Source of the DNA: Azolla caroliniana
Lineage: Eukaryota > Plantae > Polypodiophyta
Length of the DNA: 64,000 bases
Direction: 5' to 3'
Assembly (NCBI GenBank): GCA_043228905.1
Contig: JBHGNT010000010.1
Coordinates: 2,480,001 to 2,544,000 of the forward strand
Below are positions 1 to 11,067 of this stretch, in pieces (within the stretch, counting starts at the first letter, position 1; every line of letters begins with the position of its first letter). The notes beneath the pieces are model-generated. The model was given only the letters and a program-made list of their open reading frames with translations. It was not told the DNA's origin and ran no database searches. A program made the translations under genes and the position numbers.

Positions 1-659
1 TCATAGTGGTGTAGATTCTTGATCAAAAGCCACCAATTCATCAATAGTAATGCCTAGTCAATGTGGCTAGTAAAGAAATCTTGAACACTATAATAACTTC
101 ATGATGAAATCACCATATTTGTTCCCTAGACTTTGAACATGCAAAGGCTTTATATTCTTTGGAACATCCCTCCCAATCCAACACGTAAATGATTGATTTT
201 AGATTTATGTACTTAGCTTCTTTAGTTTGTTAAATATATAAACACAATAATGAAGTAAAGATTATGCTTTGAAATGATACCCTTGTGTGTTGGGCGCTAA
301 TAGTTTGGTCGGAATAATATATCTTTACAAATGAAATGGTTTCCACTAGGTGTCAAGTGTTGAGGCCAAAAACCATATTAAATAAGAAATACAATAGAGA
401 AACAAAATTTTATTGTGGAAAAGAGCAAGACGCGCAAGGTTATGCCAAAGTTTGGCATTAAATCAAAATGTGTTGTCAACATAGAACCCTCATATATACT
501 TATTGTTTGCTATCATGAGAATGGTTACACTACTTATTGTTACCATGCAGAAAGCTACGATGATAGTCACGAATACAAACAATTATCATAAATAATTATC
601 ATGCCCCCAAACATATTACGCCCCCCCCCCCCCCCCTCTTCCTTTGGAGGATTAGTTAC

Positions 660-1030
660 AATGCCACTTGTTGCCATCCCACATAATCAACATGCACCAA
701 GTCATGCATGGTGTCAAGAGCACCGTCAAATGTAACACCAACACCCTTGTCCAAGAAGGTATTGTGTTATCTTGTATTTCCAACTTCCAAAGTTGCTTTA
801 GTGAAGCTTCTTATCAAGGAGAGAGCTCCTATTCATATATTCATGTTCAATTTGTTAGGAATCAGATGAGGGATATGTGCAAAGCACACTGATGTTGGAA
901 GCAACATTGTCATCTATTCTCGTAAGAGCAAAATGTAAGTACTCAACTCTTAAACATGATCCACATGGACGTACACCATGACATTTGGCAGATGTCCCTT
1001 TATAGATGACCAGTACTGCCAAACGTGGGT
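660..1030 (+). mobile_element. Highly degenerate copia-like pre-integrase/integrase remnant
   Basis: Broken frames give HIINM...QEGIV...SYQGE and MIHMDVHHDIW, loosely like the copia GAG-pre-IN/VHSDVW region. Confidence 0.25.
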
Positions 1031-1048
1031 TTACCAACGTACGTTACC

Positions 1049-1301
1049 CCATGTAACGTTTGCCTCTCAAATGTTCTAGAATTTTACGAATGGTTTTTTT
1101 TGCAATCAAGAGTGCACATTATAATAGCACCAAGAGAAGTGTGATTTAAGGATGGGGCTATTCTGCAAGTGTTTAGCCATGTAGCGTTTGCCTCTCCAAT
1201 GTTCCAGATTTTTAAGAATGATTTTTTTGCAATTAAGAGCGCACATTGTAATAACACATAAGAGTAGTGTGTGTCAAGGATGGGGCTGTTCTTGACAAGT
1301 G
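1049..1301. repeat. Diverged tandem duplication, ~129 bp x2
   Basis: ccatgtaRcgtttgcctctc...aaggatggggct at ~1049 and ~1178. Confidence 0.75.
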
Positions 1302-1440
1302 GAAGATTAAGCTTGAATGTGAGTGGATAAATGTCAGAAGGGAGAGTGAGTGTGACTCAATCCATTCATACATTCTATGATGGCATTCAGTGAAAGGAGA
1401 GAGAAACATTTATGACGTCCACAAGAGATCAATTGCAATT

Positions 1441-1705
1441 CTATGTGATGGGGCTTGGTTGCACATGGTGACGATCAAACTCGGGTTCTCCTAGTTTCAT
1501 GACTTTGATCCTATAGTGTAAACCACCATGCCAATAGGTGAGGCTCGAACGCAGGTTCGGTCATTGATGATCAAACTATGTGATGGGGCTTGGCTGCACG
1601 TGGTGACGATCAAACTTGTGTTTAACCGAGCTTCATGATTTTGATCCTACAGTGTAAACCACTATGCCAATAGGTGAGGTTCGAACGTAGGTTCGATCAT
1701 TGACG
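1441..1705. repeat. Tandem duplication, ~136 bp x2, upstream of UPF3
   Basis: ctatgtgatggggcttgg...gtaaaccacYatgccaataggtgagg at 1441 and 1577. Confidence 0.85.
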
Positions 1706-1802
1706 AACGAGTTCATCGTATGATCGATTCGAGTCGCCCACATGTGTCTGTCTGCCGGTGTGTGTCGGTTCATCCGAGATTTCTTCTCTTTCTCTTTTTT
1801 TT

Positions 1803-1900
1803 TTTCTTCTTCTTCTTCTTCTTCTGGTTGCTAGCTTAGTAAAAGCTTTCTTGGTGAAGAAGAAGAAGAAGAAGAAGAAGAAGAAGGAGGAGGAGGAAGA
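1803..1900. repeat. (CTT)n and (GAA)n microsatellites near the UPF3 5' end
   Basis: (ctt)n at ~1803-1824, then (gaa)n/(gag)n at ~1856-1900. Confidence 0.9.
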
Positions 1901-2130
1901 GAGGCTTTGTGTTGTGCTCTGCTATGCTCTACTAAAGTAAAAAATCAAAGGCAACCAGAAAACTGCATTTTACTTTCCCCACTTTTCTTCTTCTTCTTCT
2001 TACCCTACTACACACAGAAAACACAGAGAAAACACACACACAGAGAAAACACAGAGAAAACACAGGGAAGGAGACATCGCAGAGACGAAAGAAGATACGC
2101 AGGGCAGATGTCCCTCGGCGACTGTCCGCC

Positions 2131-5100
2131 ATGATCTCCCCTCCTCCTCTTCGAACCAAGCATCCCCATGATCCCTTTTACCCCCTCGCTTCTTGTAACC
2201 CTAACCCTAACCCTAATCTCGACGCTCGCCCTCGCCCTCGCCCTCACCCTCATCCCAATTCATCCCCCTCTAACCAGCATGCTGGTTTCGACTGGTCGGA
2301 CAAAGGCTCTGCCACAGCAGCAGCAGCAGCAGCAGCATCAGATTCTCTCATCGCATCAGATTTCCATCCCTTGGCATTGAACTCCACAATCCCGTCCTTC
2401 TCCCCATCGCTTGCCTCTCCTCCCGTTTCCGATTCCCTTGCTCCCGTTTCCTTGACGTTTCCTCCCAAATCTCCGCCTTCCGCAGCCAGCCATATCAGGG
2501 AAGTTCCTAAAGGCCATCACCTTGTTGGTAGTAGAGGTGCTTCCATGGGTTCTTCTACTACTATTACTGCTGCTAAGAAAGCTATGAGAGACGGTTCCAA
2601 CCGAACTAAGGTGGTTGTTCGTCAGCTTCCTCCCGCCTTATCCCAACAAGCTTTCAAAGAACAGATAGAAACACGTTTTTCCAGCTCTTTCAAGTGGATT
2701 GTGTTCCATCCAGGACGATCGAGGTAAAAATCTGTCTGATTTAATATATGCATTTACATCGCAGTTTCTTGCTGATTTAAATTTAATGGGTTCATAGAAT
2801 GATAGCTCCCGGTTACTTCATGGAAAAAAGGAAGGAAAGAAAATGGCATTATAAAACCTGCAAGTATAAGCAGGTATAGATTGAATGGAATTTATGCAAG
2901 GGAAGGACAATTCCAGTTACATAGAGAAAAGAAAAGATAAAGAAGAGGTGGGGGGATTATATCAATGAGTCAACTTGGCGAGCCTCAATTGTCCTGAACC
3001 TCTCACGAGCATTCTTGTGAAGTTCTTCCCTTTTAGAATCCTATTCGTTGAAGAATTCTGAACATAACCTCCAAAATGGCCCTCCATAACATAGGGCTAT
3101 TTCCTTTTCTTTGTGCAACAAGGTGTTGGTGGCAAGTTCCACAACGAGCACAGCCCTAATAAACATACACATCTAATTTTCCTAGAATGGCTCGTCTGTA
3201 ACAAAACCCAAGACCAAATTACTCTCTAGGAGAGATATATATGAGGCACACTGAACTACTCTTTAGGAAGAGACAGCTGAGGCACTTTCCAGAATAGAAC
3301 ACACATTACATTAAAACTGTCCATATGTCTCACTGCTCAGGACACTGAAGTTCTTATTTATTTATTCTAAAATATCTTAAATCTCGAGATATCTATGTTA
3401 CCAATTTCAAGGTTTGTTTTAGATACATTAATCTAGTGTTTCCTTTGATTGTGAATATTTCTAGTTGTTTAAATAATATAAATTATGTCTTGAAAACTTT
3501 GTGCAGATGCATTCATTTATTGGCTCTCATAGCGGTTATATCATGTAACATACATTAAACTTCTTTGAAGGTGTAACATTCTTTCTTATCTAAATCATGT
3601 GTTTTGTTGTAAATTTTGCTGACTCGACAATGACCATTAAGTTAAGGTGTCCCCCTTATTATTTGGTTGTGTCGTAACTTGTAGAAAATATCACCATACC
3701 TGTTCTGTTCATCATACATTTATGTTCCCATGAACAAGTACATGCTATGTGTGAAGTAGTTGAAATGCATGCTCGTATCTCCACTAAGTTTAGGTTCCAT
3801 CCCAGGTCTTTCTATCTTGTAACTTTATCCCTTTACTTTCTTGTTATTGATTTAGGAAGAAGTTTACTCTTGTATCATGGTTACCGTCTTTGTAGGGTCA
3901 TCTTATCTTTGTAATTGTACGATACAAATCGATTAGAGGCAAGTTTGATAAACTTGAGTAGCCCGTTTTCATTCATTAGATTTGTAAATTCTATTTACTT
4001 CACCTTCATGAATCACCTGCTCTCATTTACTCATTCAGTTTCACATTTTGAGGTCAAAACTATTCTAGTCTTATAGATGTATTAAAGACGCGTGGTCTCA
4101 TAATAATCGATACATTCACTATAGAAAAAATAACTACTGTCATTTACGAGATATACCTATCATTTCTCTCATTTACTCTCATGGGATATTCTGGTCTTGC
4201 AAAGTTAGTGGACATGCATATTCTTTCATTAAACTTGAATTGAATTACATATTTATAATCTCACGCCAAAGAAACTTGATGTGAATGCATTATTATGTAT
4301 TATGGTTTTCTTTCTGTATTAATATGACGAGTATAGTATTTATTGTAACCAGGCCTGCACATTATTATAAGGATTTTATCATCTTTCTTTATACCTTACA
4401 CAATAGACTTTCTTCATAGCTTTTGTAATGCAGTACATTTTACTGTTTTCTGCAGAAAAGCTTATAGGTTAGTTGCTGTCAGTCATTAGTGTTTTAATAA
4501 CTGGTTTGCCTTTTCTATTCTCCAATAATTACGTGATTGTGTGCTCATTTTCAATCAATTTTGCTCAATAGTGTAAGAAGCAGCACTTTCTCTCGAGCAT
4601 ACATCGACTTCAAGAATGCTGATGATGTCATTGAGTTCCATCAAGAGTTTAATGGCCATATGTTTGTGAATGAAAAAGGTAAGGCGAAGATTTTATTTTC
4701 CAGAAGGTATTTCTTGAGAGGCATGGGGACGTGGTTTCATATATCCATGTTAATTCTCATAGGTACACAGTATAAAGCTATGGTGGAATATGCACCAAAC
4801 CAGCGTGCTCCCAAAATATGGGCAAAAAAAGACACACGTGAAGGCACAATTTTCCAGGGTAATTTAAATATATATACCACAGAATGCAAAGTTGTAGCAC
4901 CTCTTCTTGTTAGGTTACATTGAGGACATACTCTATTTTTTCTCCTCTATAATTTTTTTCAGTGCATATTTCAACATCTTGAATTACAACTTTAAAGATG
5001 AGTATATTGCACGTTTTCAAGGGACCATGAAATTATTGCTATTTTTAATTTCCAGATCCCGAGTACCTTGAATTTGTTGAATTGCTATCAAAGCCTGTTG

Positions 5101-7893
5101 AATTCTTGCCCAGTGCTGAGGTGCAGCTTGAGAGGAAGGAGGCTGAAAGAAGCCTAAATCTAGGTTGGTCTTCTTGGAGTTATTTACTTCATCCATCCCA
5201 AGTGAAAGTTGAAAAATGTGAATTTTTTTTTGACAGCTGCTGGAGTCAAGGATTCCATCCTTGTCACACCTCTTATGGAATTTGTGCGCCAAAAGAGAGC
5301 ATTGAAGTCTATGCCTCAGGTTCACATATTTGTGTTGTTTGAAGTCAGTTATGTTCACAGCCCAAAATGGTGTATCTGTGTTGATCGTTATGATGCTCTT
5401 ATTGAATTTTTATCAGATTATGAACTTGTCTAGAAGTCAGCTTTTCTAAACAGTTATATTTCACACAACCTGTTAAATTTTTTTCTCATCTTTGGCAACT
5501 TGAGATATATGTCATTGCAGCCTTAGTTCTTCATTCTGTTTATTTTGTCCAATTGTGATATAAATGGATTCCAAAGGTCACGAAAAATGTTAAAGGAGCA
5601 AGGAAAATAACAATAGACAATAATATCTACCATCCTTGCTCATCATATATCTATTAATACACAAATGGATTATTTCAACCTGCTGTTTCTGAATTTCCCA
5701 TATTGACTAGTAGCCATCCTGACTATATAACATTTGTAGCAGAAGCTACTTGCTGGTGGTGGGAAAATTGTTGTTCGAGGATCGTCACCAACATCTTCCG
5801 GCAAAGTAATAGCAAAGCGGGGATCCAAGACGTCAATGGTAGTTTCTTGTGTGTTCATTTTAGAAGATTCGTGATCAGTGAATGACTAATGTTTTCTTAT
5901 TTGATTGTGTTAGCAGTATCCCCCTGGACCTAGATTGAAAGAAAAACCAACGTATATTCCACGCCCTGAAGAACATCAGCGACATGATATATTGGTAGAC
6001 AAAAAAGCACGAGTAATCATTGAAATAAAAGGGAGGAAGAGTTTGGTGGACGTTTGCCGAAAAACTGGCTCTAGCAATCAAAGTATGGTTTTTATGCTTG
6101 GCTGCTGTAGTATTTGTATAAATTTTCTGTTAGGGGTATTACTTTATAAATATTTCTCCTTTATGCACTTGATTGCTTTGGTTATATCTGCAAATTCAGT
6201 GAATGAACATTTTTTGGAACAATTAGTAGAAAGAAAGAAAAGAAAGATATATTAACGTCTTTTAAGAGGCCAAAATGGCCTATAAGACCAAATAAGAGAT
6301 TACATCTTAAGTGTTGTCTCGTCTTTGAGAAGAGCATTGGTCTTATTATACCATTGGTAACAAATTGAAAAAATTTACCAAAAATGTTCTTATTGTAGGG
6401 AGACGTTTGTAATCCATCACAATGTGGTTAAGGCTACCATGCATTTTTTTGACAATTATGTATGTTTTGGACTTATAAGATACAGACGTCTTGTTCTATA
6501 CATGTATACATGTATACAGATATATTGAAAATCAAGGGATTGAAAATATGCAGAATTCTCTTTCGTATTCTTTAAATGCTGGTCTTTTATTTAATTGATA
6601 GATTCTCCGGCAAGCAACAATATTGTTGACAATGCGGATGTTCAAGTGCTATTGACTGGACAGAAGGTAGTTAAGGTATTTATTGAACCTGTCTTTTAAA
6701 TGAATAAAGAGTTCGATCCACTTATCACTTCACATTATTTTTCCAGGATATTTTATGTGGCAACCAATCAACCCGACTGGCAACATCATTAAAAAGTCCT
6801 TTACAAAGTTCTCATACTGGCACATCAAATGATCACATAACTCTACTTTCTAAGGCAAGCGAACATGTTGAAAGGGGCGCTTCTTGTTTGTCTATAAAGT
6901 CTCCTGTTTTACTTCAGAAGTCAGATCAACAAAGTGACAAAGACAAACGTCTTTCGAGGTCCCAAATGTGGCGTTCTAATGGGAAAGAGTCGAAAAATAC
7001 TCCTATAGAAAGCGAATCCACTTCATCAGAACAGCATTATGCATCGACAAGTAATACTGATGAGAGAGGTGATACCCCAAAGCAAGATGCAAGGCGCCTA
7101 AGGAACAAGGATAGGCCTGATCGTCCTGTGTGGACTGTTCGTCGACGTGGTGAAACTTCAGGGTCTCCTTCATCCTTTAATACTGGTGCTTCCTTATCTC
7201 TACCAGGTAAGAGCTTAAAGCTATTCTTTCAGAAATAAAGAAGCTAAAAAGGTAAAGTAGTTCCAATGTATTTTAAAGAACCTAAGAAGGTAAGGTAGTT
7301 CCGATGTCTATTAAAGAACGTAAGGAGATAAGTTAGTTCTATTGTCTATTAAAGAACTGAAGAAGGTAAAGTAGGTCTGGTTTTTCTTAAAGAAGGTAAG
7401 ATAGGTCTGGTTTCTATTAAAGAACCTAAGAAGATAAGGTAGTTCTGATTTCTATTGTGATCTATTTGTGACCCATATGTAACTCTACCAATAAGAAATA
7501 AAAGAATCTATTCAAGAACTTACCATCAAGTTCTGCATACTTGATAATCTTCTCCTAATGATTTTCATGCAGGCAGCCAAAGGCAGGGCAAAGGACCTCG
7601 GGAATGTGATAACATACCTTCTAACAAACGTGCTGGTACATCCACCATGGGTCATGAGGTAAATAATAACAATTTTGGGATTTTGATTTATTTCTTTTCT
7701 TACAACACACATTCTCAGGAATCACTACCAAAACCTGAGAGGTTATGTACCAATCTTGAATACTCTTCTCAAGTCACTTGTGTAAGGAAGCAAAAGATTC
7801 AGACAACTAAAAAAGATTTTGTATGTTGATGGAGTCTCCTTAATTTGTATGTAGAAGCAAGTGTGGGTGGCGAAGCCAGGGTCTGGATCTTAG
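2131..7893 (+). CDS. UPF3: Regulator of nonsense transcripts UPF3 (Smg-4/UPF3 family), 11 coding exons
   Basis: Frame-consistent GT-AG exons: 2131(or 2584)-2723, 4572-4678, 4763-4858, 5056-5163, 5237-5319, 5740/5743-5838, 5914/5917-6082, 6602-6666, 6747-7206, 7573-7658, 7855-7893(TAG). RRM-like UPF2-binding domain (TKVVVRQLPP...FSRAYIDF...GHMFVNEKGTQYKAMVEYAP...KKDTREGTIFQDPEYLEF), plant UPF3 motif RNKDRPDRPVW, and C-terminal HEKQVWVAKPGSGS. About 481 aa from ATG 2584 or about 632 aa from ATG 2131. Confidence 0.93.
6230..6300 (-). mobile_element. Short 3'-end copy of a LINE in UPF3 intron 7
   Basis: aagaaagatatattaacgtctt...ccaaaat..gcc.at.agac matches 30936-30990, the (TTTC)n-tailed end of the LINE; 5' extent not determined. 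Confidence 0.6.
7237..7456 (+). repeat. ~38-bp minisatellite (~6 copies) in UPF3 intron 9
   Basis: Unit approx. aaagaacctaagaaggtaaggtagttccgatgtctatt. Confidence 0.85.
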
Positions 7894-10637
7894 GCTTGTC
7901 AGAGTGAACACAGGTCTGAATCCCATGTGACCTCAAGTCGAGCCTTTATTTGAAAAATATACATTAATGATGTGTGAGGTCTTGCAGTGAAGTTGGATTT
8001 TCAAAAAAGTAGTTCTCATACTGTGTTGCAGCACGGTGTTCAACTTTAACAATGATGCAGGCTACTAGTTTTAACAGCATTATATCTTCTGATAAAATTT
8101 TGGCCTGTTGGAGGTAATAGTTCTACGGGCCATAAACAAAAAAATGTTGCATAAAAAATTGGATGCAAAAGGAGAAGTTATGCCATGTGATTGAACTTTC
8201 GAAAGCAGGAAGAATGAGCTTTTTAGTGGTTGATGAGTTACTCTGCCTCAAATATAGCCTCGTGATGTTTTTGCAACTGAGTGTGACTCATTCAGCCTAT
8301 AACAAAGGGGTACCCAAGCTATATATATAGAAAGAGGTTAATCGTATCACAAGAGCTTTCTACCACATCACACGCCCCTTCAAAGGTTACATTATTCTTT
8401 TGTTTTGAGCTTTTGATGGGATTTGAGCACCTGAAGATGATGTACAAAAACCACCTTTCTGAGCGTTTCTACACATTTCCTGCGTGTGAAGGAAAGAGAA
8501 GTCCAAGGGCACGTAAAGGGATTTAGTGTTTTATGTTGTCCCAAAGTGAAATATATACTGATGAGATGATGTTCATAGATGCAGAACTCGCCAATGCAAA
8601 AAAAAGCTGTATGTGTAAATAGAGTATGATGCCGATTGAGATGCATCAAAAGATTGACAAAGTCATGTCACAAGGAAAATTGTTCACCATCATCAATGTG
8701 GAGACACTTGTGACATACGCACATATATTTCCTCTGGCTTTATATTGAGAGCAAGTACAAAAAATGCTGAAGCAAAATATATTGTGGAAATTGTCAGCAT
8801 CTTTAAGTTATTTCTACTGTGTCTGATATCTATCTGCAATCAAGCACAAGAGCATGCATGAAATATCATCCATATTAGCTAAAAATGTTAAGAATTGACT
8901 AAACTTGGTTAGTATTGCTGAAATCTCTAAAATTTTCTCATGTTATCGGTCTTTTGGTTCTGTGGCAAATTTGTTGTGTTATGGATTTTGCACGTTTCAT
9001 TAAATCCGTTGATACATGTAAGGGACATTTTTTTGTGGTGGACATTTGAAATGCTACAGCACACTCCAATTTGAATGCATTTGTATTGTGCAGTGCTCAT
9101 TGGCTTAATTGTTTTTATGAGCTTTTAAAATTTCCTATGTTGATACTTCATGATAATCAAATCTTTCCATTTTAAGTTTTGACACTCAAAATTGAAAGAG
9201 TTGCTTTTTCATTTTCTTCACTTGCATTTCACTATGCATAATTGAGCAGACACAAAAGGTGTACTACTTTAACTAATTAATGCTTATTGTTATACCCATT
9301 TTGTTGATTATATTTAGTGGATGTGGATCCTCATGGAGAAAAAATTTCAATGCTCTGGTGCCATAACATTCATCAACCTGTTCTTTATGCACCTATTGAG
9401 ATTATCATGTGAGAGATACCATATGATGATGTTAATCTTTGCTATGGATTATGTTAAACGATTCATAATGGGGTTATTGAGGGTCAAAGGTTATTTTGTT
9501 TACCCCATGCGAGGGCTAAATCTCATATATTGTTTATGAAGGAGGTGTTGAAAAGTGTACCCATCTAGATTATGGGCAAATGTGATGCATTCTTCCTTAA
9601 ATTATTACATGTGGGTGTCAAGACACCCTTCATTATTCTCATGTTTTGGAATGAAGCAATCAAGTTCCATGATTTCCAAGAGAGGTAGAAGCATATGCGT
9701 CATCAGTCATGGGTGAAGTGGAAGATGATGTAGACATGGAAGAGGCCTTTGTGTCCTGGCCCCTCTTGGTCAGAACATCATATATTTTTGTCAATTCCTA
9801 CAATGCATGGACTATAATACATAGCTAATTGTGAATTGGGCCTTAGTATAGAAGCACTCTCTAGAAGTAATGAGCGCTAGAGAATGTTCTCATGAGAAGA
9901 GTGTAATAAAGATCCTTGTAGGAGCAATATTGCTTGTTGATCCACATCTATTGCAATACTCAATGCTAGAACTATTGTGAACCAACCAACCCACCAATCT
10001 ATATAACACCCCTCTTTTGTATGTTGCCCTCATACCTAGAACCTAGGAACTTCACCCACAAGCTATGATAAGCATAGCTATATAACTTTACATATAAGCA
10101 TAACTATATAAATTTACATTAACCCATAAAGTCACTTTTATGTTTCAATATATGTGAAAGAGATTGCACATGAAGACCCTAACCACACATATATCAGAGA
10201 AGTCACCATAATACACAAGATTGATTAGGGTTAAGATATATAGCACTTGACCCTAATCACTCACTTCACAAGTATATGAGAAAAGAGAAAAAAAGAGAGA
10301 GCTTTAGCTTCAATTATGAGGGGAGAGAAAACTCAAAAATCAAGAAGAGTTAAAAAAGGTTTTCCCCTTTCATATTGGGGTGGCCATTTGGCCTAAAGCT
10401 TTACATGCAATTTTGTTGTTCTATCCCCCATTTTCTTAGTCCTGTACTTAGTTTATTACCAATGTCTTTGAGGGTCATGCTACATACAATAAGTACTTAG
10501 CAAAAGCTCAAATGGTGTTGCATTACCCATCAAGAATGTGGTGTAAAAAGTGAAACAAAGGTTTGAAGGTGGAAAGCATCCTTGAATAGGCTTGGCAAGG
10601 CCGGAGGAAAGTCATGAATGATCAAGTAAAAGTTTTC

Positions 10638-11067
10638 ATTAGCTACTTGCCTCAATGTGGCATGTCTGCGAGTGCATGTGACAATGAGGAGATTGTTCAT
10701 GATGGACTTGTGTTATTTAAGCAACTATCCTAATGTCCTATGTCATGAATGTAGTGGCAACTCATTGTCATCACCAAATGTTGTCGTGATCATCTAGTTG
10801 TGTTGTCGGTAGGCCAGTTCCTAGGGACATGTGGTCACTGCATAATGTTCGTATTAGCTACTTGCCTCAATGTGGCATGTCCACGAGTGCATGTGACAAT
10901 GAGGAGATTGTTCATGATGGACTTGTGCTATTTAACCAACTATCCTAATGTCCTATGTCACGAATGTAGTGGCAACTCATCGTCATCACCAAATGTTCTC
11001 ATGATCATCTAGTTGTGTTGTCGGTAGGCCAATTTCTAGGGACATGTAGTCACTGCATAATGTTCAT
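10638..11067. repeat. 215-bp tandem duplication
   Basis: attagctacttgcctcaatgtggcatgtc at 10638 and 10853; copies near-identical. Confidence 0.9.

Noticed and set aside
2197-2217. (AACCCT)n as an interstitial telomere
   Set aside because: Only ~3 units; better explained as a telo-box-like or low-complexity stretch in the UPF3 5' region
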